From positions 23,733-87,732 of the forward strand of contig JBDKFG010000010.1 of NCBI GenBank assembly GCA_039798785.1: a stretch of DNA of 64,000 nucleotides, in the 5' to 3' direction. The notes under the pieces were generated by a model that searched no databases, was not told where the DNA came from, and saw only the letters and a program-made list of their open reading frames with translations. The stretch comes from Verrucomicrobiota bacterium. GTDB lineage: Bacteria; Verrucomicrobiota; Lentisphaeria; Lentisphaerales; Lentisphaeraceae. The translations under genes and the position numbers were made by a program. Shown one piece after another: positions 1 to 11,833 of this stretch (its first letter is position 1; each line of letters begins with the position of its first letter).

Positions 1-414
1 GAGCTCCTTGCCACCCTGGCGACGGCGGACGTCAATGATCAAAAGGAGAATGCCGCCGATGATCAGGGCCCAGCCGATGCCGTTGAGGTTGAACAAATGC
101 TCCTTGATCTTCTTGCTGAAAAGCAAGCCGACGACGACACAAGGAATGAAAGCGAGAATGAGATTGCCGAGATACCGGCGAGCTCCGGCCTCGCCTTTTT
201 TGACGCCGTAAAGCACCGAGCCGATGCGCTGACGCCAGACCACGAAGACGGCGAAGATGGCGCCGATCTGGATGACGATGTTCAGCGAATTGCTGCTGAC
301 TTCATCAAGGCCGGTCAAACGCGAATACGCGACCAGGTGTCCGGTCGAACTCACCGGCAGGAACTCGGTCAATCCCTCGATCAATCCCAGCATCAAAGCA
401 TCGACGCCCCGCAT
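1..414 (-). CDS. uppP: Undecaprenyl-diphosphate phosphatase (BacA/UppP), 3' part beyond window edge
   Basis: Manual minus-strand translation from ATG at 414: MRGVDALMLGLIEGLTEFLPVSSTGHL...NIVIQIGAIFAV, the UppP signature motifs. Not in the ORF track because it has no stop inside the window. Confidence 0.93.
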   Translation of the reverse strand, partial: MRGVDALMLGLIEGLTEFLPVSSTGHLVAYSRLTGLDEVSSNSLNIVIQIGAIFAVFVVWRQRIGSVLYGVKKGEAGARRYLGNLILAFIPCVVVGLLFSKKIKEHLFNLNGIGWALIIGGILLLIIDVRRRQGGKEL

Positions 415-544
415 GCCGCCGCGCTCCGGCAGCCAGATGGCCACGGCCGCACCGGCTAGAAGAAGAAAAATCAAGGCGAGATTCTGCTTGCGGCTGAGGC
501 AGGGAGTGCTGGACATGGATTTTCCTGAGATGGGGAACAAATGG

Positions 545-574
545 AACCACGAATGGACACGAATGGGCACGAAT
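545..574. repeat. Short tandem 10-mer repeat (nnnCACGAAT x3)
   Basis: AACCACGAAT GGACACGAAT GGGCACGAAT, intergenic. Confidence 0.8.
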
Positions 575-607
575 TGCAAACGGCCAAGACGAATTCGTTC
601 AGGTCGT

Positions 608-808
608 GGCTCAAGCTTCCAGCTTGAGTTAAGAAAGGAGCACGGGCGTCCCGCCCGTGTTTCGACAGGCGGGACGCCTGTCCTCCTTTGAGCGCGCGGC
701 TCAAGCTTCCAGCTTGAGTTGAGAAAGGAGCACGGGCGTCCCGCCCGTGTTTCGACAGGCGGGACGCCTGTCCTCCTTTGAGCGCGCGGCTCAAGCTTCC
801 AGCTTGAG
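608..808. repeat. 90-bp tandem repeat (2 full units + 21-bp partial) built from REP-like palindromes (BIME-like mosaic)
   Basis: Units start at 608, 698 and 788. Each has the hairpin CTCAAGCTTCCAGCTTGAG; the two full units also have the inverted pair GGAGCACGGGCGTCCCGCCCGTG / ACAGGCGGGACGCCTGTCCTCC. Units 1 and 2 differ at one base. Confidence 0.92.
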
Positions 809-824
809 GAAGCAGCAGAACAAG

Positions 825-851
825 GCCGGCCGGACGCCAGCGATCCAGTAG
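825..851. repeat. REP-like element, also present inverted at 21983-22009
   Basis: GCCGGCCGGACGCCAGCGATCCAGTAG matches the reverse complement of 21983-22009 with 1 mismatch in 27 nt. Confidence 0.8.
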
Positions 852-874
852 AGGAGCTGCAGCGCCAATGCCGC

Positions 875-2173
875 TCACTCCTGATCCCAATCGAGGCGCA
901 TCACCGTGTCCTTCGACGGATCGCCGCCGTCATCGCTGAGATCGCCATGTCGGTTGATCGAATACACAGCGCGTTTGAGCGGCAGGTAGCGCATCGGCTT
1001 GCTGTCGGCGGGGTCCAAAGGCACGGCGTCGAGATAGGCCGGCACCAGCTCTTCGAGTTTCTCCGGCAGGCGCCCCTTGTCGAGTTCGTAGAGACGCAGC
1101 GCCGCAAGGGTGCGGATTTGGCGGTCCTTGGCGATGGTGATGAAGGTTTTCATGGCGATATTTTCGAGGGCAGGAAGCATCATTTTGAAAAAGATTCGTC
1201 CACCAAGATTGGGGCGAACAAAAAACATCACTCCCTTCTCTCCTGCAACGCGCTGGATTTGTTCATAGAATGTAACTGAGATGGCTTTGGCACTGGTAAA
1301 ATCCTTGGCGTCACAGACAGGCAAAAGTTGCCGCATCAAATCGGTTTCGAGATTAAGGGTCTGATTAGGCTTGATGACGAGTCGTTTCGGGATAAAATCA
1401 AACGCCTTAGGGAGCTCAGTTTGGCTGCTCGGCTTGTTTTGGACCTCCGTTAAGAGATCTTCGAAAAACAGGCACTCCCCCTGATAACCTTGTCGAAGGC
1501 CATCCCGCCAAAGCTGATCCCGGTCCGGAGCCGAGGTGATTTTTCTCAGGATTTCCCGATCCGAGCAAGCAGCGATGGCCTTGGCTTTGCTAGCGTTCAG
1601 GATGCCGCCGATGGCGACGCAGACGAGGTAGTGAATCAAGGAGTTGGTCTGTGCGGTGCTGTTATTGATCCAGGCTTCACCCTCTGCGATCAAGACCAGG
1701 GCTTCCTCGGGCTTGCCACTCGCGATCAGGACATTCGCTCGTTGGACGAGGGAGTTAGTGACTTCGCGTGTGATGCCCAGTGCCGGCATGTAAGTCGATA
1801 CGGCAGAAGCGCCGGGCTTGGGGATGCTGCGGAAGTAGGCCCCGGTTTTGAGGAGCGAGTCCAGCTCGACCATCGCGACGGCATGTTTCTCGAGGATCGG
1901 CTTGACCTTGATCAGGGTGTCCTCTCGGCTGAGTTTTGAGGAGAGACTGTTGCGCTCCTTGTCCTGGCAAAGAGCCAGGATTGCAGCGCTGGATTCAAGC
2001 TTGGGCAGGATGTTATCCTTCGGGTCGCTGGGCGGCAGTTTCAGCGCCAGGTCGCTGCGGTCCTGCAGCGGTTCATCTTTGAGGTAGATGATGCCGAGGG
2101 CGAGCAGGAAAAAGAGGAAGGCCGAGAGGTAGATGAGCTTGCGGGCTCGGGGCGTGTTGGGTATTTCAGGCAT
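875..2173 (-). CDS. Hypothetical membrane-anchored helical protein with a pseudopilin-like C-terminal motif
   Basis: N-terminal TM helix; C-terminal LAALRLYELDKGRLPEKLEELVPAYLDAVPLDP resembles the GspG-like motif common in PVC proteins. Start chosen at MPEIPN. Confidence 0.75.
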   Translation of the reverse strand: MPEIPNTPRARKLIYLSAFLFFLLALGIIYLKDEPLQDRSDLALKLPPSDPKDNILPKLESSAAILALCQDKERNSLSSKLSREDTLIKVKPILEKHAVAMVELDSLLKTGAYFRSIPKPGASAVSTYMPALGITREVTNSLVQRANVLIASGKPEEALVLIAEGEAWINNSTAQTNSLIHYLVCVAIGGILNASKAKAIAACSDREILRKITSAPDRDQLWRDGLRQGYQGECLFFEDLLTEVQNKPSSQTELPKAFDFIPKRLVIKPNQTLNLETDLMRQLLPVCDAKDFTSAKAISVTFYEQIQRVAGEKGVMFFVRPNLGGRIFFKMMLPALENIAMKTFITIAKDRQIRTLAALRLYELDKGRLPEKLEELVPAYLDAVPLDPADSKPMRYLPLKRAVYSINRHGDLSDDGGDPSKDTVMRLDWDQE

Positions 2174-2248
2174 CGTGGGCTCCGGGATAAGAAGGACTAA
2201 AACACCATTGGAGACGAAAAGCAAATGGCCACGCTCCTTTCGCCTTTA

Positions 2249-2275
2249 TCCGTGTCCTCCGTGTTTTCCGTGGTG
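2249..2275. repeat. Short tandem 9-mer repeat (TCCGTGnnn x3)
   Basis: TCCGTGTCC TCCGTGTTT TCCGTGGTG; same family at 9134-9160. Confidence 0.75.
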
Positions 2276-2380
2276 AAATTGCTCTTGCCGAGCTCCCACG
2301 GCCTTGAGGGAAAGGACTTTCGGAGTTCACTTGGGACGGATTTTCCCCCATAATCAAATCTTCAGATCTTAAAGGCGCCC

Positions 2381-5300
2381 ATGAAACTCGGCATCTTCAT
2401 CCAGCGACCGGTGCTTGCCATCGTGCTCAGCCTCTTCGTAGTCATCGCCGGCCTGGCTTCGATCGGGCGTTTGCCGATTGCGCAATATCCCGACATCGCG
2501 CCGCCGATGGTCCAGGTCCGCACGGTCTATCCCGGGGCTTCCGCGGAAGTGGTCAACGCCAACGTCGCCAGCGTCATCGAGAATGCGGTCACCGGGGTCG
2601 AAGACTTCCTCTCCATGCAAGGCGGCTGCACTTCCAGCGGCGCCTACACCCTCGACATCAGCTTCCAGATCGGTTCGGATCCCGACAAGGCCCTGATCAA
2701 CGTCAACAACCTGATCAAGCAGGCGGAGGCGAAGCTGCCGCAGGAAGTCCGGCGCCAAGGCATCACCGTCACCAAGGGCACCTCAGGCTTCCTGATGGTC
2801 GTCGCCTTCACCAGCCCGGACGGCACCTTGAGCGACCTGGCGGTGTCGAACTACGTCACCCTCAACGTCCTCGACCGGGTGAAGCGGATCAAGGGGGTCG
2901 GCGAGGCGCGGGTCTTCGGCGCCAAGGACTATGCCTGCCGGATTTGGCTCAAGCCCGAGGCACTTGCTCTCCATGGCGTGACGGTTGACGAGGTCCGGCG
3001 TGCGGTGCAGTCACAGAACACCCTGTTTCCGGCAGGCAAGATCAATTCGCAGCCGTCTCTGCCTGGTGCTGAAATAGCGATGACGGTGATTGCCGGTGGT
3101 CGGCCGCAGACGGCGGAGGAGTTCGCCGCGATCGTGGTGGTCCGCGGCGGCAACGGCGGCCTGCTGCGGCTCGGCGATCTCGCCCGGGTCGAGATCGGGG
3201 CCAAGGACTACGACTTCGCCGGCACCAGCAACGGCAAGAACGCCGCGATGATGGGGGTGATGCTGCAACCCGGTGCCAACGCCCTTGATGTCGCCGACGC
3301 GGTCAACGGGACGATCGACGCCTTGCGTCCGGAGTTCCCCGCAGGTCTGAGTGCCAAGGTGACCTACGAGACCTATCAGTTCATCCGGATCTCGATCCGC
3401 GAAGTGATCAAGACCCTGGTCGAGGCGATGATTCTCGTCACCCTCGTCGTCCTGCTCTTCCTGCAAAGCTTCCGGGCGACTTTGATTCCGATCCTGGCGG
3501 TGCCGGTGTCGCTGATCGGCACCTTCGCTCTGATGCATCTGCTCGGCTACTCGATCAACACCCTCACCCTCTTCGGCATGGTCCTGTCGATCGGCATCGT
3601 CGTCGACGACGCCATCGTGGTTCTGGAGAACGTCGAGCGCATCCGCCATGAGAAGAAGTGCGGCATCCGCGAAGCGGTGGCACTGGCGATGGCCGAGGTG
3701 ACGACGCCGATCATCGCCATCGTTCTGGTCTTGATGGCGGTGTTTGTCCCGGTGTGTTTTGTCGGCGGCCTCACCGGCGAGCTGTACCGTCAGTTTGCGG
3801 TGACCATTGCGATCAGCGTCTTCATCTCCGGCCTGGTGGCCTTGTCGCTCACCCCCGCGCTTTGTGTGCAATTGCTCGATCGTCCTTTGAGAGAGCCGGC
3901 GGCGCCCTTCCGTCTTTTCAACCGCTTCTTCGACAGCTGCCGCGACCGTTACGGCCGCGCCGTCGGCTACTTCCTTAAGCACAGCCTCGTCGGCCTGCTG
4001 CTCTTCCTCGCCCTGCTTGCGGCGACCGCACACCTGTGGAAGGCGACGCCGAAGTCGATGCTGCCTCCGGAAGATCAGGGCTTCTTCATCTGCGCCATCT
4101 CGCTGCCCGAAGGCGCCACCCTCGACCGCAGCCGCGCCGTCATCAAGCAACTCGACGCCATCGTCAAACAGGTGCCCGAAATCCAGCATTTCACCGCCTT
4201 CGCCGGGATGGACTTCGCCAACGGTGGTGTCTTCCGCGGCAACGCCGGATCGTGCTTCTGCGTCCTCAAGCCCTGGGACCAGCGACATCGCAGTGCCGAC
4301 GAGGTGATCGCTGATTTCACCCGCAGGACGATGGGGATCCAGGACGCCAACCTCTTCATCATGAACCCGGCGCCGATCCGCGGCCTCTCCAACACCGGCG
4401 GCTGGGAGCTGCAGTTGCAGAACCGTGGCGAGGGCGGACCGGCCCGCCTCGCGGCAGTCGCCAATGAATTCCTTGCCGCCCTGCGCGCCGACAAGTCCGG
4501 GGTCATCCCGATGGCCTTCACCTCGTGGAGCGCCTTCTCGCCGCAGCTGCACGTCGTCCCCGACACCGAGAAGGCGGCCCAGCTCGGCGTGCCTCTGCCC
4601 GACATCTTCGACGCGCTTTCCAGCCTGATGGGGACGAGTTACGTCAACGACTTCAGCAAGTCCGGCCGCAACTGGCAGGTGCTGATGAGCGCCGAGCCCG
4701 GCTCGCGCCATTCCCCGGAAGACATCGGACGGATCCAGGTGAAGTCGAGCACGAGCGGCGCGATGATCCCCCTCTCCGAGCTGCTCAGCTGGCAGACGGG
4801 CAGCGGCCCCGATTACATTCCCCGTTACAACAACCTTCCCGCCTGCAAGCTGATGGGTGGCGTCGCCCCGGGCCACAGCTCGGGCGAGGCGATCGCCAAG
4901 CTCAAGGAGATCGCCGCGAAGGTGCTGCCCTCGGACTTCACTTACGAATTCGCCGGCGCCACCTACCAGGAGAACAAGGCGGGCAACGGCGGCCTCATCG
5001 CTCTCGGCCTGGCGGTGCTGATGATGTTCCTCATCCTCGCCGCCCTGTACAACGGCTGGACTCTGCCCTGGGTGGTTCTTCTCACCCTTCCCTTCGGCCT
5101 CTTCGGTGCGCTCGCTGCGGTTTTGCTCACCGGCCAGAGCAATGACGTCTATTTCCAGATCGGACTGATCACCCTGCTCGGACTGACCGCCAAGAACGCC
5201 ATCCTGATCGTCGAATTCGCCGAGTACCGCCGCGAGGCCGGGATCGATGCCGCCAGCGCCGCGAAAGAGGCGGCGATCCTGCGATTGCGGCCGATTTTGA

Positions 5301-5506
5301 TGACTTCGCTCGCCTTCATCTTCGGGGTCCTGCCTCTGGCGATTTCGCAAGGGGCCGGCGCCGGCGCCCGCCGATCGGTCGGCACCGGGGTGATGGGAGG
5401 AATGATCGCCGCCACCTTCCTCGCCCTCCTCTTCGTGCCGCTGTTCTACAAGCTGGTGCGGGGAAGCAAGAAATCTCATGACCAAGATCGAGAAGCAAAA
5501 TCATGA
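2381..5506 (+). CDS. RND efflux transporter permease subunit (AcrB/HAE1 family)
   Basis: 1041 aa; FIQRPVLAIVLS, LPIAQYPDIAPP, GIVVDDAIVVLENVER, LRLRPILMTSLAFIFGVLPL. Confidence 0.96.
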   Translation: MKLGIFIQRPVLAIVLSLFVVIAGLASIGRLPIAQYPDIAPPMVQVRTVYPGASAEVVNANVASVIENAVTGVEDFLSMQGGCTSSGAYTLDISFQIGSDPDKALINVNNLIKQAEAKLPQEVRRQGITVTKGTSGFLMVVAFTSPDGTLSDLAVSNYVTLNVLDRVKRIKGVGEARVFGAKDYACRIWLKPEALALHGVTVDEVRRAVQSQNTLFPAGKINSQPSLPGAEIAMTVIAGGRPQTAEEFAAIVVVRGGNGGLLRLGDLARVEIGAKDYDFAGTSNGKNAAMMGVMLQPGANALDVADAVNGTIDALRPEFPAGLSAKVTYETYQFIRISIREVIKTLVEAMILVTLVVLLFLQSFRATLIPILAVPVSLIGTFALMHLLGYSINTLTLFGMVLSIGIVVDDAIVVLENVERIRHEKKCGIREAVALAMAEVTTPIIAIVLVLMAVFVPVCFVGGLTGELYRQFAVTIAISVFISGLVALSLTPALCVQLLDRPLREPAAPFRLFNRFFDSCRDRYGRAVGYFLKHSLVGLLLFLALLAATAHLWKATPKSMLPPEDQGFFICAISLPEGATLDRSRAVIKQLDAIVKQVPEIQHFTAFAGMDFANGGVFRGNAGSCFCVLKPWDQRHRSADEVIADFTRRTMGIQDANLFIMNPAPIRGLSNTGGWELQLQNRGEGGPARLAAVANEFLAALRADKSGVIPMAFTSWSAFSPQLHVVPDTEKAAQLGVPLPDIFDALSSLMGTSYVNDFSKSGRNWQVLMSAEPGSRHSPEDIGRIQVKSSTSGAMIPLSELLSWQTGSGPDYIPRYNNLPACKLMGGVAPGHSSGEAIAKLKEIAAKVLPSDFTYEFAGATYQENKAGNGGLIALGLAVLMMFLILAALYNGWTLPWVVLLTLPFGLFGALAAVLLTGQSNDVYFQIGLITLLGLTAKNAILIVEFAEYRREAGIDAASAAKEAAILRLRPILMTSLAFIFGVLPLAISQGAGAGARRSVGTGVMGGMIAATFLALLFVPLFYKLVRGSKKSHDQDREAKS

Positions 5507-5967
5507 AATGCCGGAAAATATTTATTCTCGCGTCCCTCTGTCTCCTCTGTTCGTGCTCAATCCTGGCGGAGAAACGGGCACAGGGGCGGTCCTACGCCTC
5601 GGTGGACCACCTGAGGCAAATGATTCACCATGCTCTGAATCTCTCTGATTACGGTCGCGGTCCCATGCCGGAGGTTTTGCCTTGCGACTTCAAGACGCCT
5701 GGTGGTCGAGAATACATTCGTTTTTATCCGGTCGGCACGCGACCGAATCGGATCCATAATCCACACCTCACCCCGGCAATAGTCGAACCGGTGGAGGAGT
5801 TTGCCGAACAGGGCTGGGCCAACGTCGCGTTCATGGATGGCCATGTCGAGCGAGTTCAGGGACATTTCCGGCACCAGCAGGAGCTCTACGATGTTCTTCT
5901 GGCCCGGTGCAGCGGCGAGTGCCGAGCCCAGGTCGAGAGTTTCATTCAAGAGTTGAAGAAGTCCTGA
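5503..5967 (+). CDS. Small exported/lipoprotein with H-X9-DG-like C-terminal motif
   Basis: Signal peptide with lipobox-like LCSC; ANVAFMDGHVE motif; ATGA overlap with the RND stop. Confidence 0.7.
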   Translation: MKCRKIFILASLCLLCSCSILAEKRAQGRSYASVDHLRQMIHHALNLSDYGRGPMPEVLPCDFKTPGGREYIRFYPVGTRPNRIHNPHLTPAIVEPVEEFAEQGWANVAFMDGHVERVQGHFRHQQELYDVLLARCSGECRAQVESFIQELKKS

Positions 5968-5992
5968 GACCGGCAGTTCCGGCAGTGACTCA

Positions 5993-6541
5993 TCACCGCC
6001 AGCTCGAAGCTCGCGAGAAACAGCGCCGCCAGAGAGCCCGGCAAGGGGAATCGCCGCCTCCCCAGCCGCTCCGTTCCAGCCAGGTCTCCAGATCGATCAC
6101 TTCGTCGAATCGCGGTTTCCCCTTCCGCTCCACACGACTCCAGTTCAAGTTGCTCGGTCCATCCGAATCGCGACTCAGGCACATCTCAACATCAACTGCG
6201 CCGCAGTCCCAGTAGGCGACAAAGGCACCCTCGCGGACTCCGCAAAGTGGCGTCACGCCGCTGTTGTCACTGGTCAGGCCAAAGAGCTTGCGGGCGCCGT
6301 AGCGCAAACTGAGCCGGCTGTGGGCCTGTTGATCCAAGCTGGTCCATCGTACGATCTCACCGAATTTGCGTTGGCCGCCAAGATCTCCGGCCTTCGCCGC
6401 CGCGACGGAATGGACGACGCGTTGACCGGGCTGATGCCAGACCCCGATCACCTCGTAGCCGAGCAGTCCGGCAAAGGCGAAGCAGAGGCCGGCAAAGATC
6501 CAGACGAACTTGAGAAAGTGGCGGCGACAGAAAGCGTTCAT
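5993..6541 (-). CDS. Hypothetical protein with N-terminal TM helix
   Basis: MNAFCRRHFLKFVWIFAGLCFAFAGLLG hydrophobic anchor; fills the gap between confident genes. Confidence 0.5.
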   Translation of the reverse strand: MNAFCRRHFLKFVWIFAGLCFAFAGLLGYEVIGVWHQPGQRVVHSVAAAKAGDLGGQRKFGEIVRWTSLDQQAHSRLSLRYGARKLFGLTSDNSGVTPLCGVREGAFVAYWDCGAVDVEMCLSRDSDGPSNLNWSRVERKGKPRFDEVIDLETWLERSGWGGGDSPCRALWRRCFSRASSWR

Positions 6542-6677
6542 GAAAACTCCGGAAAGGCCAGGGATAATAGAGATCGCCGCGGTGATCTTGCTTCCCCTTC
6601 CATCCTTCAGTCCACCATTGCTTCCCGCCACTTCCGGCGTAGCTTCCCCGCACAAAAATCCAGGAGACCCGCTTGAC

Positions 6678-7445
6678 ATGGATACTGAATTCGACGCTGA
6701 ACTCGCGCCGCTGCGCCAACAACTGACCGCCCACCCGATCTACGCCGTCGTCAACAGCCCGGAACGCCTCAAGATCTTCATGGCCACTCATGTCCATTGC
6801 GTCTGGGACTTCATGTCGATCCTGAAGTCGCTGCAGCTCGCCTGCACCTGCGTCGAAATCCCCTGGGTGCCAAAGGGCGACCGAGAGATTCGCCGTCTGG
6901 TCAACGAGATCGTCCTCGGCGAAGAGAGCGATGTCCACCCCGACGGCGGCCACACCTCGCACCTCGAGCTCTACCTCGAGTCGATGCTCGCTGCCGGAGC
7001 TTGCGCCGCCCCCTTCCAACAGCTGCTGGCTGCGGCCGCTCAGGGTGAAGCGCCGGAAAGCGCCGCCCGCCGCCTCGGCGCCCCCGCCGGAGTCGCGGAA
7101 TTCCTCGAGGCCACCTTCTCGGAATTGCGCCGCGGCCAATTGCATCGCATCGCCGCCGTCTTCACCTACGGACGCGAAGACGTCATTCCCGAGATGTTCG
7201 AAGGCCTGACCCGCGCCGCCGCCGCCAAGGACCAGCAGCACTGGGGGCCCTTCCTCTACTACCTGCAGCGCCATATCGAGATCGACGGCGATGAACACGG
7301 TCCGATGGCGAAACGCCTCGTCAGCCTCGCCGTCGACGGCGACCCGGTGAAGCGCCGCGACGCTCTCGATGCAGCCAAGACGGCCTTGCGAGCCCGTATA
7401 CTTCTCTGGGACGCCACCTTGCCCCTGCTCGCTGCGCTGCGTTGA
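6678..7445 (+). CDS. DUF3050 family (heme-oxygenase-like fold) protein
   Basis: FMATHVHCVWDFMSILKSLQ, LVNEIVLGEESD, YLQRHIEIDGDEHGP motifs. Confidence 0.88.
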   Translation: MDTEFDAELAPLRQQLTAHPIYAVVNSPERLKIFMATHVHCVWDFMSILKSLQLACTCVEIPWVPKGDREIRRLVNEIVLGEESDVHPDGGHTSHLELYLESMLAAGACAAPFQQLLAAAAQGEAPESAARRLGAPAGVAEFLEATFSELRRGQLHRIAAVFTYGREDVIPEMFEGLTRAAAAKDQQHWGPFLYYLQRHIEIDGDEHGPMAKRLVSLAVDGDPVKRRDALDAAKTALRARILLWDATLPLLAALR

Positions 7446-7575
7446 TCCACGAGCGGGCCCGTCGCGCTCTTGACAGTTTTTTTCGCCACCACCTCTTCCC
7501 GATCACAGCAGCCGATGTCATATTGACGGGCTTTGCCTAAAAGTCTCCACAGTCCAAAATCTCCGAAGGAAAATC

Positions 7576-9054
7576 ATGAACGTCCATTTCATCACCCAAT
7601 GCGTCGTCGAGCACGAAGTCGACTGCCTCGTCATCCCGGTTTACGAAGGCGAGATCGCCAAGGCTCTGGAAACCCGCCTTCTCCAGCCCGAAGACCGCAC
7701 CATCCTGTCGATCCTGGTCGAGAAGAAGCAGATCACCGGCAAGGAGAACTTCTACCTGCCCACCCCGATGGCCAACTACGAATCGGTGCTCATCCTCGGC
7801 CTCGGCAAGAAGGAAGGCTGCGGCGCCCGCAAACTCCGCGAAGCCACCGGCAAGGCCGCCGCCACCATCAGCGCCGCCAAGAAAAAACACCTCTTCCTCG
7901 AAATCGCCCACACCGAGCTCTGCGCCGGCGCCTTCGTCGAGGGCCTGATGCTCGGCCAATACCGCTACGATGAGTTCCGCAGCGTCGACAAGGAGAACCC
8001 CCCAGTCTCCGTCAGCGAAATCTGCGTCCATGCCGCCGACGGCGTCGATCTCCTCCTCGCCCAGGGTCATGTCTCCCGCGCCATCGTCCAGGCCGAATCG
8101 GTCAACTGGGCCCGCGACCTCGGCAACGCCCCCGGCAACGCCATGACCCCCTCCATCCTCGCCGCCCGCGCCAGCGCCATGGGCACCGAACTCGGCGCCG
8201 AAGTCACCGTCCTCGGCGAAAAAGAGATGGCCGCCCTTGGCATGGGCTCGCTCCTCGCCGTCGCCCAAGGCTCCGACCAGGAAGCCAAGCTGATCTGCCT
8301 CAAATACAGCCACCCGAAAGCGACCAAGACCGTCGCTCTGGTCGGCAAAGGCCTCACCTTTGACGCCGGCGGCATCAGCATCAAGCCCGGCAAGGGCATG
8401 GAAGAGATGAAGTTCGACATGTGCGGCGCCGCCGCCGTCCTCGGTGCCATGCGTGACATCCTCCACGCCAAGCCGATGATCAACGTCGTCTGCGTCGTCC
8501 CCTCGACCGAAAACCTCATCAACGGCAAGGCCGTCAAACCCGGCGACATCGTCAAGTCGATGAGCGGCAAAACCATCGAGATCTACAACACCGACGCCGA
8601 AGGCCGCCTCATCCTCTGCGATGCCATGACCTGGACCCTGAAAAACCACAAGCCGGACTTCATGATCGACATCGCCACCCTCACCGGCGCGGTCATCACC
8701 GGCCTCGGCCACCACTGCGCCGCCGTCATGTCGAAAGACGATGAGATGGCCAACGCCCTCATCGCCGCCGGCGAAGAAAGCTCCGACCGCCTCTGGCGCC
8801 TCCCTCTTTGGGAAGAACACGCCAAGCTGATGAAAGGCAAGGACGCCGACCTCTGCAACATCGGCCCCGGTTACGCCGGCACCATCACCGCCGGCGCCTT
8901 CCTTAGCGTCTTCGCCGAGGGCACCCGCTGGGCCCACCTCGACATCGCCGGCACCGCCTGGAACTACAAAGGTTCCTCGTGCCTCAGCGACAAGCTCGCC
9001 TCCGGTTTCGGCGTCCGCCTCCTCAGCAACTGGGTCAACAAGCTGGCCGAATAA
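7576..9054 (+). CDS. pepA: Leucyl aminopeptidase (M17)
   Basis: GKGLTFDAGG, MKFDMCGAA, NTDAEGRL, WAHLDIAG. Confidence 0.96.
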   Translation: MNVHFITQCVVEHEVDCLVIPVYEGEIAKALETRLLQPEDRTILSILVEKKQITGKENFYLPTPMANYESVLILGLGKKEGCGARKLREATGKAAATISAAKKKHLFLEIAHTELCAGAFVEGLMLGQYRYDEFRSVDKENPPVSVSEICVHAADGVDLLLAQGHVSRAIVQAESVNWARDLGNAPGNAMTPSILAARASAMGTELGAEVTVLGEKEMAALGMGSLLAVAQGSDQEAKLICLKYSHPKATKTVALVGKGLTFDAGGISIKPGKGMEEMKFDMCGAAAVLGAMRDILHAKPMINVVCVVPSTENLINGKAVKPGDIVKSMSGKTIEIYNTDAEGRLILCDAMTWTLKNHKPDFMIDIATLTGAVITGLGHHCAAVMSKDDEMANALIAAGEESSDRLWRLPLWEEHAKLMKGKDADLCNIGPGYAGTITAGAFLSVFAEGTRWAHLDIAGTAWNYKGSSCLSDKLASGFGVRLLSNWVNKLAE

Positions 9055-9074
9055 GCCTTCGCAAGCTCGCCCCC

Positions 9075-9108
9075 AAGCGCCCCGCCTGTCCTGCAGGCGG
9101 GGCGCTTT
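9075..9108 (+). terminator. Rho-independent terminator after pepA
   Basis: AAGCGCCCCGCCTG-loop-CAGGCGGGGCGCTTT. Confidence 0.75.
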
Positions 9109-9133
9109 CATGCTCAGAAAACCCTCGGCCCCT

Positions 9134-9160
9134 TCCGTGACCTCCGTGTCTTCCGTGGTT
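9134..9160. repeat. Short tandem 9-mer repeat (TCCGTGnnn x3)
   Basis: TCCGTGACC TCCGTGTCT TCCGTGGTT. Confidence 0.75.
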
Positions 9161-9162
9161 AA

Positions 9163-11475
<2,313 letters not shown>

Positions 11476-11498
11476 GCTTCAGAGAAGTTCGTACAAAC

Positions 11499-11533
11499 GC
11501 CCCCGCGATGAGAGTCGCGGGGGCAATTCCTTT
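11499..11533 (+). terminator. Hairpin terminator after icd
   Basis: GCCCCCGCGA-loop-TCGCGGGGGC followed by a T-rich tail. Confidence 0.65.
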
Positions 11534-11571
11534 CCTCTGAGTTTTTCAGAAAGGCTCTCGAAAAACTTGCT

Positions 11572-11740
11572 TTCGCTTACGATCGGACGCGAAGTCTCCC
11601 GCACCTACGGCAACGGCCTCCAAACCAGCAGCGTCTGCGCCCGCGTCGACAACTTGATCACCTCGATCTCGGTCGCCAACAAACCCGAGCTCAGCTTCAA
11701 CTACAGCTACGACTCCAATAAAAACGTCACCGCCGAACAA
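11572..11740 (+). pseudogene. Orphan RHS/YD-repeat fragment
   Basis: FAYD in one frame, then IGREVSRTYGNGLQTSS..RVDNLITSISVANKPELSFNYSYDSNKNVTAE in the next frame; YD-repeat pattern, no plausible start. Confidence 0.7.
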
Positions 11741-11833
11741 GGCACTTCACACCAATCTCATCGAGGGGAGAGATATCAAGTCGCTTTTTTGGGGCTCGGG
11801 CGGGAGCAGGTGGTTTGAGAGCGCGATTCGAGT

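Noticed and set aside
608..808. CRISPR array
   Set aside because: The sequences between the 21-bp hairpins are near-identical rather than unique spacers, and no cas genes are present. It is a tandem REP-like repeat.
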